Source: Thermotogota bacterium
Lineage (GTDB): Bacteria > Bipolaricaulota > Bipolaricaulia > UBA7950 > UBA9294
Direction of reading: 5' to 3'
Assembly: GCA_039679545.1 (NCBI GenBank)
Contig: JBDKUT010000021.1
Location: 1-59,270, forward strand
DNA length: 59,270 nt
Positions 35,158 through 45,162 of this stretch are shown one piece after another. The position numbers were made by a program, and so were the translations under genes. Position 1 is the first letter of the stretch; each line of letters opens with the position of its first letter. Under the pieces are notes generated by a model. It searched no databases. It worked only from the letters and a program-made list of their open reading frames with translations, and had not been told where the DNA came from.

Positions 35158-37667
35158 TCGGCGCTCTCCGAAGAGCCGCTGGCGCGCGGTTCGCGCGACG
35201 CGGCTCGTCGACGAAGGCCGAGGTCGACGAGGAAGAGCGCCAAGGCGGCTCCCAGCAGCATAGGAAAGAGAGGTTTCTCTTGCTCCGCGCCGGGCGACCG
35301 AACCGGCTTCAGGTGACGTTCCTCGTCGAGGAGAGCGCCCCCGGTGGCTTGGGTCAATCGGGCGAGCGCGTCGCGGTCAACGCCGAACGCCTCGTACTCC
35401 GATGAGTAGGGGACGGTCAACGGCACCGAGAGCGAGCGGGTTCCTCCGCTTTCCTGGACCAGGAAAGCGTAGGCACCCTCCGCGGGCGTCGAGAAGCGCG
35501 CTCGGTACAAGCCGGGAGCGACCTGCGGCGCGTCGATGGTCCCTTGTGTCGGCACGAGCGTGCCCGCAAATGTGAGGAAGTCGTCGAAGCTGCCGGTGGG
35601 GGTTCGGACATCGAAGAAGACCGACGTCGTCGATGAACCGACGTCGACCCGAGACGTAACGCCGGCAGTGGTCGTCACGACCGGCGACGTGGTGCGGAGG
35701 ATCTCCTCGAAGAGGCGTGGCATCCCGCTCCATGAGAGCCAGTCGCGCGACCACGCCCCGGAGAGGTCGACGTTGAGCACCGTCACACTGCCGAGTCCGA
35801 TTCTCCACGTGGAGAGAAGCGGATCCGGGCCGGCCCACAGCATCGTGGACGCGGAACTGCGAGGGTAGGTGAGAACGTATCCCTGAACGGCGGGAATTGT
35901 GCCGAGCCCCACGAGCGACTCCGTCGAGGCCTCGACGGCGGTGTCTGTGTTGATAAATCGGCTGCGGCTCAGTCGTTGCGTGACCTCGATGGTCACCTGG
36001 GGGAGAGTCACGAAGTCTGCGGCGTAGTAGAGAACTCCGCGCCCATGATCGACCAGCTTGCGCAAGAACGGGACGTTCGGGTCGCGGTTCACGGCAATGA
36101 CGGAGAGGGTGATGTCCGTGTGTTGGTCGAGTTTTTGCAGCAGTTGCGGGTAGTCACGACCGACTTCGGTCGTCTGGCCGTCGGAGACGAGGAGGATGTG
36201 CTTCACGCGGACGTCGGCCGCGATGAGTTGGTCGATCGCGTCGTTGAGCGGGTAGTAGATATCCGTCCCACCAAACGCGTTAAGTGCAGCAACGGCGCGG
36301 TAGGCTCCCGTACCGTCACCGAGTTGCTGGAGGGGGAAAACCCAATCGTAGTTGTCGTAGAAGCCGACGATGCCGACCAGGGTGTCTCCGGGAAGGAGAA
36401 GAAGGCTGGCGACCGCGGCCTCTCGAAGGACACGGATCTTGGCGCGGTCGCCGGCCAGCTCGTTCATGCTTGAGGAGCGGTCGAGGAGGTAGACAATGGC
36501 CATGCTCGGCGACCGACCCTTCTCCGGCACGGAGAAGGACACGGGAAGGAGCGATTCGATCGGGCCAGCTTCGAATCCACGGACCTCACGGTCACCCTGC
36601 ACGACAAGCAATCCGCCGCCGAGGTTCTTGACGTAGTGGGTGAGGTCGTTGACTTGCGGGCCTGTGAGGTCTTGGAGCGCCTGGCCGGCGTAGATCACTT
36701 GGCGGTAGTCAGAGAGCGTCGCGAGGGACGGAACGGCCTGCGCTTGAACGAAGTCGACGCCGAGGGATTGGAGAAGGCTGGGAAGGGCCGAGTCTCCGCG
36801 GACGTCGACCAGAAGGACAGACGGGTGGTCCACCGTCCGGACGACCAGCGAGCGGGCGTCGTTCTCGGGAACCGCGTCCCCCTCCTGCTTTACAACAACG
36901 CGATACTCGTAGAACCCCGGCTCGGTCGTGGCGTCGGAGAAGGTGAACGTATCCAGCGAGCCTGACAGTGCCACGTTGCGGGCCTCGACGAGTTGCCCTC
37001 CACGGTAGAGAGCGATCGTCGCGCGACCAGGTACGTTGCTCGATACGCTGGCGAAGAACGCGGCAGGGCGGCCGACAGAGACCTCTCGTGGACCGTCGAA
37101 CGCGGACAGTCGGACGTCGTCCGGTCGGGATTCGCCGACCGGAATGGCGCTGACGCGCACGGACGCCAATTGTGCCTCGGTGGCGGCCGTGATGGCGTCC
37201 GACGAGAAGCGGCCGTCACTCAGGACGACAATTTGGTTTGCTCCTCCCGTCGGCAACAGGGAGAGTGCGAGGCGGGCACCTTCGACGAGGTCGGACCCGG
37301 TGGGGTCTGGATGGACGGAAGACGGCACGGGGATTGCGCCAAGCGGCGCGTCGACCTCGGAGGTTCGGGCGAAGCTGACGACTCCGTAGCTCCAGCCAGG
37401 ATGGTCGGCGACGACGGCGCCGATTGCGTTGCGTAGGTTGCGATCGCTCGTCGTGCGGGCCACGCTCGCTGACCGGTCGACGAGGAAGACGACGTTGTTC
37501 CTCGCGTCGCGCACGGAGAGCCGAGGATCGGCGAGGGCGAGCGCCACGAGGGCGAGCGTCGCGTATCGGAGTAGGTCGTGGTGTGCCTTCCCTCGCCGCA
37601 GAACGATCAGGATGAGGGCGAGCGCTGGAAGAGCGGCGAGCGCCGCGGGGAGACCGAAGCGGATCAA
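35154..37667 (-). CDS. membrane-anchored protein with two VWA domains (Bat-operon type)
   Basis: N-terminal TM pair. Two MIDAS motifs: VFLVDRSASV and VYLLDRSSSM. C-terminal TM: LFPMLLGAALALFLVDLGL. The TTG start overlaps the upstream stop. Confidence 0.8.
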   Translation of the reverse strand: MIRFGLPAALAALPALALILIVLRRGKAHHDLLRYATLALVALALADPRLSVRDARNNVVFLVDRSASVARTTSDRNLRNAIGAVVADHPGWSYGVVSFARTSEVDAPLGAIPVPSSVHPDPTGSDLVEGARLALSLLPTGGANQIVVLSDGRFSSDAITAATEAQLASVRVSAIPVGESRPDDVRLSAFDGPREVSVGRPAAFFASVSSNVPGRATIALYRGGQLVEARNVALSGSLDTFTFSDATTEPGFYEYRVVVKQEGDAVPENDARSLVVRTVDHPSVLLVDVRGDSALPSLLQSLGVDFVQAQAVPSLATLSDYRQVIYAGQALQDLTGPQVNDLTHYVKNLGGGLLVVQGDREVRGFEAGPIESLLPVSFSVPEKGRSPSMAIVYLLDRSSSMNELAGDRAKIRVLREAAVASLLLLPGDTLVGIVGFYDNYDWVFPLQQLGDGTGAYRAVAALNAFGGTDIYYPLNDAIDQLIAADVRVKHILLVSDGQTTEVGRDYPQLLQKLDQHTDITLSVIAVNRDPNVPFLRKLVDHGRGVLYYAADFVTLPQVTIEVTQRLSRSRFINTDTAVEASTESLVGLGTIPAVQGYVLTYPRSSASTMLWAGPDPLLSTWRIGLGSVTVLNVDLSGAWSRDWLSWSGMPRLFEEILRTTSPVVTTTAGVTSRVDVGSSTTSVFFDVRTPTGSFDDFLTFAGTLVPTQGTIDAPQVAPGLYRARFSTPAEGAYAFLVQESGGTRSLSVPLTVPYSSEYEAFGVDRDALARLTQATGGALLDEERHLKPVRSPGAEQEKPLFPMLLGAALALFLVDLGLRRRAASREPRASGSSESAD

Positions 37668-39460
37668 GTGGATCTCCTAGACCTGGCTGCCCAGCGGCGG
37701 GCAAGGGCAAGCTCAAGGACGAGCAGAGTGCAGACGGCGCCGGTGAGGACGGGCCACAAAACTGCGGTCTGCGGCGCCGCGACCGACGATGAGGTCCAGG
37801 TCGACGCTGTGAGGGGGGGCTCCGGAGACCCTGAGGTCACGGAGAGTGACTCGCTTGGATCAACGTTGACGGAGAGGGGGTAGCGATCGTCGCCGACCAC
37901 CAACGTGTACTCTCCGGGTCCATCGGGAAGGAAGACGCGTTGCCCGTCGGCCAAGGGCACCGACAACCCGTTGGGAGTGATGACGGCGGCCGTCGCTCCG
38001 GAACGATCCAGGGGCACGGGATCACCAACGTGGGTCCACTCGGGAACCAGACCAGGCTCGGTGCGGACGAGGGACGAGACGAACGCGCGGACGAGCAAAG
38101 GGAAGTCCACGGTGATCGGGAGATTCGTGGCGAGCAGGTCAGCGGTGAGGATGAGGATTGTGCGGTCTGGATCCGGAACCTCGAGAAGGAGCGGCGTGGT
38201 TCCGACGCCGAGAAGGGTCTTCGATGGGACCGAGACGGTGACGGCGGGCATGCGCTGGACGAAGATGTCCGCGGCCCGGACGCCGACGAGAAACGGGTGA
38301 TCGGGGATCCACGCAACCGCCGTGCCGCGGGACGGTTCCGCCTCGTTGATCAGTACGACGTCCTCGACGCTTGAGTGAACAAGGAGCGTGTGGCCGGACG
38401 GAAGGGCGGAGAGGGCGGTGTCACAGGCGACGGTGAGATCCGCCGGTTCGTTGTCTTGGACCCGCACGACCGGCAGCACCGACTCGAGAGCCGCTGACAG
38501 GAATCGGTTCTCGGTTCCAATCCATCGGACTCGGAGGACCATCGAGCGTTCAAGCGAGAAGTACCGTACGTTGTCGCCGGCGTAGTCGTCGGTGACGTCG
38601 ATCGCAGCCGTGAACCGGGTTCCCCGCGAGCCGGGGAAGGGAATGATGTGCGAAGCCGTCTCGCCGGGTTCGAGAAACGCATCGAGGGTTGTTCGGTGAA
38701 ACTCGTCGCCGACCTGAAGCCGCGCAGTCTGGAACTCGCGTGTATCATTCCGGAGCTCGATGAACGCGCTTACTCCGGCTCCGTCGACGTTTGGACGCAC
38801 GGTGAACGCGGTAATGGCGACGTTCTGTCCCCCGGACACGAAGGCTGTCTCCACCGGAAAGGGCGTCGGTCCGGCCGGGCGGTCGGTGAAGAGGACGATC
38901 CGCTCGAACGGGACGGGCCCACCTACGGCGGAGACGGCGCGTGTGAGGTCGGCGTCGGTCCCGTCCGCGCGCCAGGTGGGGGATGACGCGAGCAGCGCGG
39001 ACCGCGCTTCAGCAAGGCTTGACCCAGCGGCCGCGAGGACGACGGGCTCGTTCGACCACTGGACGACGGCCACCGACGCGGCGGAGGCACGAGCCAGAAG
39101 CTCGAGCGCGCCGTCGATGGCGTCGTCGTATCGAGTTCGCTCGCCGTCCACGATCGTTCGCATGCTGGCGCTGCCGTCGATTAGGACGGCAAGGCTGCGT
39201 GGGCCGGGGCGATGAACCACCCACTCCGGCTCCGCGAGCGCGAAGGCGAAAGCGAGGACGCAAGCGAGCTGTAGCAGAAGAAGCGGATCGAGGAGGAAGC
39301 GGAGGTCCCGCGTTCGCGCGGCGGGGGAATCGTGGAGTTCTCGCCACAGGAACAGGGTTCCGACTTCGCGGCGACGCTGGCGGGTTCGGAGGACCGCAAA
39401 GAGGACGACGAGCAACCAAGCCGAGAGGAGCGCGAGAGCCGCCGGATGGGCCAAGGTCAT
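37664..39460 (-). CDS. BatA-like protein (aerotolerance-regulator N-terminal double-TM domain + VWA)
   Basis: MTLAHPAALALLSAWLLVVLFAVL...LFLW, MIDAS AVLIDGSASM, C-terminal TM. ATGA overlap with the DUF58 gene. Confidence 0.75.
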   Translation of the reverse strand: MTLAHPAALALLSAWLLVVLFAVLRTRQRRREVGTLFLWRELHDSPAARTRDLRFLLDPLLLLQLACVLAFAFALAEPEWVVHRPGPRSLAVLIDGSASMRTIVDGERTRYDDAIDGALELLARASAASVAVVQWSNEPVVLAAAGSSLAEARSALLASSPTWRADGTDADLTRAVSAVGGPVPFERIVLFTDRPAGPTPFPVETAFVSGGQNVAITAFTVRPNVDGAGVSAFIELRNDTREFQTARLQVGDEFHRTTLDAFLEPGETASHIIPFPGSRGTRFTAAIDVTDDYAGDNVRYFSLERSMVLRVRWIGTENRFLSAALESVLPVVRVQDNEPADLTVACDTALSALPSGHTLLVHSSVEDVVLINEAEPSRGTAVAWIPDHPFLVGVRAADIFVQRMPAVTVSVPSKTLLGVGTTPLLLEVPDPDRTILILTADLLATNLPITVDFPLLVRAFVSSLVRTEPGLVPEWTHVGDPVPLDRSGATAAVITPNGLSVPLADGQRVFLPDGPGEYTLVVGDDRYPLSVNVDPSESLSVTSGSPEPPLTASTWTSSSVAAPQTAVLWPVLTGAVCTLLVLELALARRWAARSRRST

Positions 39461-40335
39461 TCGAGAATGCCTCCCGCGCGCAGGTCCTGGTGAATCAGCG
39501 CTTCGAGCGGCCTATCTGTGGGAGCGACGAACAGCGGGATCCCGCGTTGGAGGAAGGTATTCCGCAGGGAGGCCTGGAACTCCTCAAACCGCTTTCGGTA
39601 GGCATCCAGCGTGCTTGATCCGACAGCGAGGCTGATCCGATCCGCGGTCTCGACGTCGACGAAGTGGACCGGTCCGGTGATGGTGGGGTTGATATCTTCC
39701 CGATCGAGAACCTGAATGGCGATGGCCTCGTCACCGCGATGGTGGAGGCGGGCAAGCGAATCCCGGAGGTCGTCAGCCGAGAGGAAGTCGCTAACGAGGA
39801 CGACGAGTCCGGTTTCGCGTGTGTGAGACAGGAATCCCGCGACTCCCTCCGAGATCGACGTGCGTCCGTCAGGATCGATGCTTGAGAGCAAGCGCAGGAT
39901 CGCGCTGAACTGGGTCATTCCCTGTCGTGGAGGGGCGGAGTCGAGTGGGCGATCCGAGAACGGGAACACCCCGACGCGGTCAAGGCTACGGAGCGCCAAG
40001 TACGAAAGGGCCAGTACGAGCTGCGCCCCGTAGTGGGCCTTCTGCGGGGCCCCGAGGCGCATGGATCCGCTCACGTCGAGGAGAAAGTAGACGGGAACGT
40101 CGACCTCCTGGACAAAGGTCTTGACGAGGAGACGGTCGAGTCGGCCGTACAAGTTCCAGTCCACGTAGCGGAAGTCGTCGCCGGGGACGTACTCGCGGTA
40201 GTCGGCGAATTCGACGCTCATTCCCGCCCGTGGCGAGGCGTGCGATCCCGTAAAGCGGCCGGCTTGTCGGCGCCGCGAGGCAAACCGAAGGTTCGCCCAC
40301 CGCTCGAGGAATCCGCCTTCGATCAGCTGCTGCAT
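39457..40335 (-). CDS. DUF58 domain protein (MoxR partner)
   Basis: FADYREYVPGDDFRYVDWNLYGRLDRLLVKTF...LLDVSGSM. Confidence 0.85.
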   Translation of the reverse strand: MQQLIEGGFLERWANLRFASRRRQAGRFTGSHASPRAGMSVEFADYREYVPGDDFRYVDWNLYGRLDRLLVKTFVQEVDVPVYFLLDVSGSMRLGAPQKAHYGAQLVLALSYLALRSLDRVGVFPFSDRPLDSAPPRQGMTQFSAILRLLSSIDPDGRTSISEGVAGFLSHTRETGLVVLVSDFLSADDLRDSLARLHHRGDEAIAIQVLDREDINPTITGPVHFVDVETADRISLAVGSSTLDAYRKRFEEFQASLRNTFLQRGIPLFVAPTDRPLEALIHQDLRAGGILE

Positions 40336-41318
40336 CAGGCCACCGGCACCTTCCGCCAGACCTCGGCGAGAATGCTCGACGGCGTGACCCCTTCCGCTTC
40401 CCCTCGGAAGTTGAGAATGATTCGATGCTGGAGCGCGGGGAGGAACATGGCTTCGAGGTCGGCGGGGCGGACGTGAACCTGGCCGGAGAGGAACGCGTGG
40501 GCTTTCGCGGCACGGATGAGGGCGATGGCGGCACGGGGACTCGCCCCGTACTCCACGTAGTTGCGAACCGTCTCGGGCGCGTCGGCGCTGTCGGGGTGCG
40601 TCGCGAGGACGAGGCGTCCCGCGAACTGTCTCAGCCCCTCCGCAACCGGGATCTGGTGGACTACGACCCGAGCGGCGAGAACGTCGGCCGCCGATGCGAC
40701 GGCCGACGGGAAGGCGATCGCTGCCGATTCCGTGTTCAGCGTCGTGATGCGAACGAGCTCATCGAGCGATGGAAAGGGGACATTGACCTTGAGCAGGAAT
40801 CGGTCGACCTGGGCCTCGGGGAGCGGGTACGTTCCCTGCATCTCGATGGGGTTCTGGGTCGCGAGGACGATGAACGGCTCGTCCAAGGGATAGGTGGTGC
40901 CTCCCACGGACACGGTCCGTTCCTCCATGGCCTCGAGAAGCGCGGACTGGGTCTTCGGCGTGGCACGATTGACCTCGTCCGCGAGGACGATGTGAGCGAA
41001 GATCGGCCCGCGGGAGAACTCGAAGTGCCTCGTCCCTTCACACTCCCCGATGATGTTCGTGCCGAGGATGTCGGCGGGCATCAAGTCGGGGGTGAACTGA
41101 ATCCGCGAGAACCGCAGCCCGAGCGCGTGGGCGAGAGTGCGGACGAGGAGCGTCTTGCCCAACCCCGGAACTCCTTCCAAGAGCACGTTTCCGCGGCACA
41201 GGAGCCCGATGAGCGTCAACCGCACGACGGGCTCCTGTCCGACGATAACCTGCGCGACCGCTCGCTCGAGACGCTCGAACGTCTTCTGCGCCTCCTCGAG
41301 TCTCACTTCCGTCGTCAT
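40335..41318 (-). CDS. moxR: MoxR-family AAA+ ATPase
   Basis: LLEGVPGLGKT (Walker A), VLADEVNRATPKTQSALLEAMEE (Walker B/sensor), ATQNP, YGASPRA. Confidence 0.93.
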   Translation of the reverse strand: MTTEVRLEEAQKTFERLERAVAQVIVGQEPVVRLTLIGLLCRGNVLLEGVPGLGKTLLVRTLAHALGLRFSRIQFTPDLMPADILGTNIIGECEGTRHFEFSRGPIFAHIVLADEVNRATPKTQSALLEAMEERTVSVGGTTYPLDEPFIVLATQNPIEMQGTYPLPEAQVDRFLLKVNVPFPSLDELVRITTLNTESAAIAFPSAVASAADVLAARVVVHQIPVAEGLRQFAGRLVLATHPDSADAPETVRNYVEYGASPRAAIALIRAAKAHAFLSGQVHVRPADLEAMFLPALQHRIILNFRGEAEGVTPSSILAEVWRKVPVA

Positions 41319-42685
41319 GGGTTCTCCTCCGTGATTCGTTCGAAGTACGTGCGAATGGTGTCGACGGCGCCATCCGGGATGTCGCGCCCCGAGATGGCGG
41401 TGTCGATCCGATCGAAGCTGAAAGCCACGTTCCCCGCTGTTGTCGCTCCTGCCTGCGGGGGCTCGACGGGCACGCCGGCCGTGAGGTACTCGGAGTACGC
41501 GCCGCTTGGACCAAGGGTGGAGGGCGGCGAAACTGGCAGGACCCCCACCTCGGAGCTCTCGAAGACCGGCGGGGGCTCCGAAAACGTCGAATCCGGTTGC
41601 GGGGTTGAGCCGTCTCCCAATGTTCCCCCTCCGGTTCGGTCGGAGCCGGGCGCGGCGGCGGTGGGCGGCGGCGCCGAGGACGGGGTTTCTTGAGCCGAGA
41701 CCGGCGGGCTCGCGTCGGGCGCGAGCTGCGAAACTGCGGAGCCGCTCTTCATCTTTTCTATCGGCGCCGTCTCCGCGATGAGCTGGTGGATTGTCTGTCG
41801 AAGCGCGTCAAGGTCCGAGGCGGCCACGGCGTCGTCGACCTCCGATCGGCGATCGGGTGCCTGCGAGGCCACGTAGTCGCGCAGGGTCTTCTCCTCGGCC
41901 ATGTTGAGGGGGTTGGTGCTGTGGTCGAGTCGCTCGCTCAACCGCTCGAGGTCGCGGCGCAGGTCGGACTCCTGGCCCTCACTTTCGGACCCGTTGGCTG
42001 ACGGAGAGCTCGGTGTGTTACCCGACGGCCGCAGCTCGGCGAGAATGTCGCGGAGCGCGCCCGATCGGGCAGGTAGCTCCGTCGTGCGAGACGAATCTGT
42101 GGCCGTTTCGACGGCGGAAGCTTCTTGCGGTTCGGAGCCGCCCGTCGTCGAGGCGGCGTCGGCCGCTTTTTCTGTTCCTTCAGAAAACATGGGAGTTGCG
42201 GCGGGCGGGGCGGCGACAAGCGGGACGAGGGTGAATCCGGCCGCCAGGATCGCGGCGCCGACAAGCGCGGACACGAGTGACCGCCGGTCGATCGGGATCC
42301 CCTTTTGCCACTGCGGAGCCCGTCGGTCCACGTCCGCGGCGATGCGCGATGCGAAAGCCGCGGGGCCGGCGTGATGAGTCAGTTCGTACAGAGCGCTCAG
42401 ACGGGCCTCGAGTCCCAGGCGCTCGTCGACGGCAAGCAGGAGCTCGGGGAGCGGCGGGCGGGCTCGACGGCCGAGGGAGTAGGCCAGGAGGGCCGCGCCT
42501 CCGGGCAGTACGCCGAGAACCGTCCGGACGCGCGAAACTGAAGCGGGCGTCCAGAGCGTCGCCGCAAGAAGTGCGACGACCGCCAGGATGGCCGCCGCGG
42601 CCCACGCCTTCGCGGCCCACGAGGCTCCGCGGACCCGGCGGGCGCGGCGCTCAAGCCGAGCAATCAGGTCAAGGGCGGAGAGCAT
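41315..42685 (-). CDS. hypothetical membrane protein (DUF4175/DUF4129-like position in MoxR operons), Pro/Ser-rich
   Basis: ATG 42685 follows AAGGAGG. It has TM helices near the N-terminus, a long low-complexity P/S/A region and a conserved-looking C-terminus (IPDGAVDTIRTYFERI). No family motif was recognised with certainty. Confidence 0.55.
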   Translation of the reverse strand: MLSALDLIARLERRARRVRGASWAAKAWAAAAILAVVALLAATLWTPASVSRVRTVLGVLPGGAALLAYSLGRRARPPLPELLLAVDERLGLEARLSALYELTHHAGPAAFASRIAADVDRRAPQWQKGIPIDRRSLVSALVGAAILAAGFTLVPLVAAPPAATPMFSEGTEKAADAASTTGGSEPQEASAVETATDSSRTTELPARSGALRDILAELRPSGNTPSSPSANGSESEGQESDLRRDLERLSERLDHSTNPLNMAEEKTLRDYVASQAPDRRSEVDDAVAASDLDALRQTIHQLIAETAPIEKMKSGSAVSQLAPDASPPVSAQETPSSAPPPTAAAPGSDRTGGGTLGDGSTPQPDSTFSEPPPVFESSEVGVLPVSPPSTLGPSGAYSEYLTAGVPVEPPQAGATTAGNVAFSFDRIDTAISGRDIPDGAVDTIRTYFERITEENP

Positions 42686-43355
42686 GCTCCTCCTTCGAAA
42701 CGCGCCGGCGCGTGGAGATGAAAAGGACGAGGCCGAGGAGGGCCGGGACCCCAAACGACCAGAGCAAAGCTCCCGACGACTCATCTCCCGCAAGCATGCT
42801 CCAAAGAGCGGCAGCGGGGCTCACAAGCGCTGCCGTTCGAAATGGCTCGGGGGCGAACTCGAACAAGAGAGGAAAGGCGTAGTACGCACACGCTACGCAG
42901 CAGAGAGGGAAGACGACAGAGCGGCCCCTGTGGAAGCAGCGGGCGCTGACACGGAATGAGACGATCGCCAACACGACGTTGACCAAGCCGACGTATCCCC
43001 ACGTCATCCAGAGGAGGCCTGCGTGACGGGCGGGAAGCAGGATTGTGCAGATGGCCACGTGGGGAAGAACGAGAGCTTGAACGAACCCCACCTGCAGAGG
43101 CAGGGAGAGGAGTTGCCGTCGCTGGATTCGAGGAAGCGGCTCTACGGCGGCGCCTCGGTTCATCGCGTGGACGGCGCCCAGCGCTGCGAGGACGAAGAAG
43201 AAGGCGACCGGCGTGGGACTCCAAGGAAACATGAAGAAGTCGGCGACGCGGCCCGCCCAAGGCATAGACAGGACAAGAGCCAAGCCGGTTCCGATGAGGA
43301 GGGTGAGTGCCGTCGCGTATCCGCCGCGGCCGAAGACGAGATCGGAAGTCCTCAC
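42669..43355 (-). CDS. hypothetical polytopic membrane protein
   Basis: The GTG start overlaps the upstream stop (GTGA). It has about 6 hydrophobic helices and no recognisable motif. Confidence 0.55.
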   Translation of the reverse strand: MRTSDLVFGRGGYATALTLLIGTGLALVLSMPWAGRVADFFMFPWSPTPVAFFFVLAALGAVHAMNRGAAVEPLPRIQRRQLLSLPLQVGFVQALVLPHVAICTILLPARHAGLLWMTWGYVGLVNVVLAIVSFRVSARCFHRGRSVVFPLCCVACAYYAFPLLFEFAPEPFRTAALVSPAAALWSMLAGDESSGALLWSFGVPALLGLVLFISTRRRVSKEEHALRP

Positions 43356-45079
43356 GTCCGTCCTCCTTCTGCGATGCACATCCGAACGAGGCTCACTTTC
43401 TCGGGCATCTCTGCGCCGGGGGAGACGCTGGACGATTCCTCGTACGTCAGAAGCCAGGTTCCAGCGGAACTCGCCAGCCAATCGCCGGAGATCGTGTACA
43501 GGGCGAATTCCGGTTCGGTCATCGACGACACGCTGACATGGCGCAGATCGTTGAAGACGAAGTCCTCGCGAGGCCGGCCGTTGACGAGGGGAATCTCGTA
43601 GAACAGGCCGTCGAGGAAGAGAAGAGCCGCCGCTGTCTGCCGCCCGTCCGGATTCGCGATCCGGAACGCGCGGGCGTCTTCAGACACGAGGAGTTCCCAC
43701 TCGGCGCCTTCTGTTCCGCACGTGCGCACAAAACGGCGCGTGCGAGCCGGCAGCGCCAATGTGGTACGGCTCACGCTGCTGTTGAGCTCGTACAGGCTCC
43801 TTGTGGTGACCCACACATCGGCCTGGATCGGGAAGTGGCGTTTGTCGTGGTCGATCGTAACCGACGTAGAACCGAGTGAGAAGAAAGCATACGAATCCAT
43901 CGTAGCAACGAACGATGTGCGGACAGATAGCGACGTGTTAATGCTATATTGATAAGCAATGCTCCCGACCCGGTTTACATAGAATCCGGACGCAACCGTC
44001 GCAGCCGTGATTCCCGCCAAGAGCAGAGCGCATGGTAATGCGAAGGTTCTACGTGCTGCGATGCGCCGGAAGCCGACAAAGCCCAGAATGACGGCCAGAA
44101 CAACGGCCGGCGCAAATGCGTAGAGGGGGCGAACCACCCGGCTGTTGTTGAGCGCCTCCTGCGTGACAAGGTCGACGGACACGAGGCGGCGTGAAGAGGG
44201 GATGCGCGTGGCGATTCGTTGGAGGTCTGCGTCGCTGATGTCTCGTAGGCGCGTCGTGACGAGGGAGACGTGGCCCGCCCCGTGCTGAATCCGGAGGAGG
44301 AGCGGCTCGCCGTCCTTGCTGAGGAGGACTTGGGCGCCCGTTCGCGGCGTTCCCGTGAGGAGGAATGCCCCGGGAGCGGTCTCGCGTAGGGCGGGAGTGG
44401 AGAGCGGGAGTAGCGCACGTGCTGCCGGAGAATCCCACTGGTAGAAATCCGAGCCGGAGAAGAGAACAAGGGAGCCTCCAGAAGTGACCCACTCGCCCAC
44501 AGCATTCCATACAGCTTGATCCAAGAGCGGTGCCGTGAGCCAGAGGCTTTCGACGGGGTCGTAGGCCCACCAGTCGGCGGGAAGCTCGGAGGTTGCCAGG
44601 ATCGACTCCGTCCCGTCGAGCGGGCGCGCTTCCCCGGCGATGACGATGAAGGGGAGGCCGCGCGAAGCCTGTCGAACGTTCTCAGTCGTCGAGGCAATGA
44701 CTTCCCCGTTGGGTCCAAGCAGTTGGATGACGGCGGGAAGGAGAAGATCGTAAGCAGGAAGCGCCGCTTGGTAGACTCCGTTGTCCAATTGACCTCGTGC
44801 GATCTCGTGCGTGAGCGGCGTCGGATTCGATGGGTCGGAGCCAACGTACTGTTTGACGACGATGCTGCCCTCAACGGGCGTCGCGAGGCCGGCCACCTCG
44901 ACGCGCACGGGCGCGTACCGGAAGCGAATCAGCTGCCCGTCAAACCCGAACTGCGACTCGAGCGTAACCGTGGCAAGAGTGGAGACCGCAAAAGAAAAAA
45001 GAAGCGAAAGAAACACAGCTACCTGCGCCGTTCGCTTCAAGACACGAGAGAACCTCATACCTCTCACCGCTCCCATCAT
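43352..45079 (-). CDS. hypothetical membrane-anchored protein (DUF4350/GldG-like central region)
   Basis: N-terminal signal/anchor. WVTSGGSLVLFSGSDF resembles the flavodoxin/GATase1-like fold of DUF4350/GldG. It has a mid-protein TM pair and a C-terminal domain of unknown type. The start is ambiguous (45079/45076/45058). Confidence 0.55.
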   Translation of the reverse strand: MMGAVRGMRFSRVLKRTAQVAVFLSLLFSFAVSTLATVTLESQFGFDGQLIRFRYAPVRVEVAGLATPVEGSIVVKQYVGSDPSNPTPLTHEIARGQLDNGVYQAALPAYDLLLPAVIQLLGPNGEVIASTTENVRQASRGLPFIVIAGEARPLDGTESILATSELPADWWAYDPVESLWLTAPLLDQAVWNAVGEWVTSGGSLVLFSGSDFYQWDSPAARALLPLSTPALRETAPGAFLLTGTPRTGAQVLLSKDGEPLLLRIQHGAGHVSLVTTRLRDISDADLQRIATRIPSSRRLVSVDLVTQEALNNSRVVRPLYAFAPAVVLAVILGFVGFRRIAARRTFALPCALLLAGITAATVASGFYVNRVGSIAYQYSINTSLSVRTSFVATMDSYAFFSLGSTSVTIDHDKRHFPIQADVWVTTRSLYELNSSVSRTTLALPARTRRFVRTCGTEGAEWELLVSEDARAFRIANPDGRQTAAALLFLDGLFYEIPLVNGRPREDFVFNDLRHVSVSSMTEPEFALYTISGDWLASSAGTWLLTYEESSSVSPGAEMPEKVSLVRMCIAEGGRT

Positions 45080-45162
45080 AGGTCATCCGGCGGCGAGAGG
45101 GGACCGACGCATTATCCGGCACGGGGGACGGCGATACAACAGGGGGGCGGGTGTGCCCTTCG

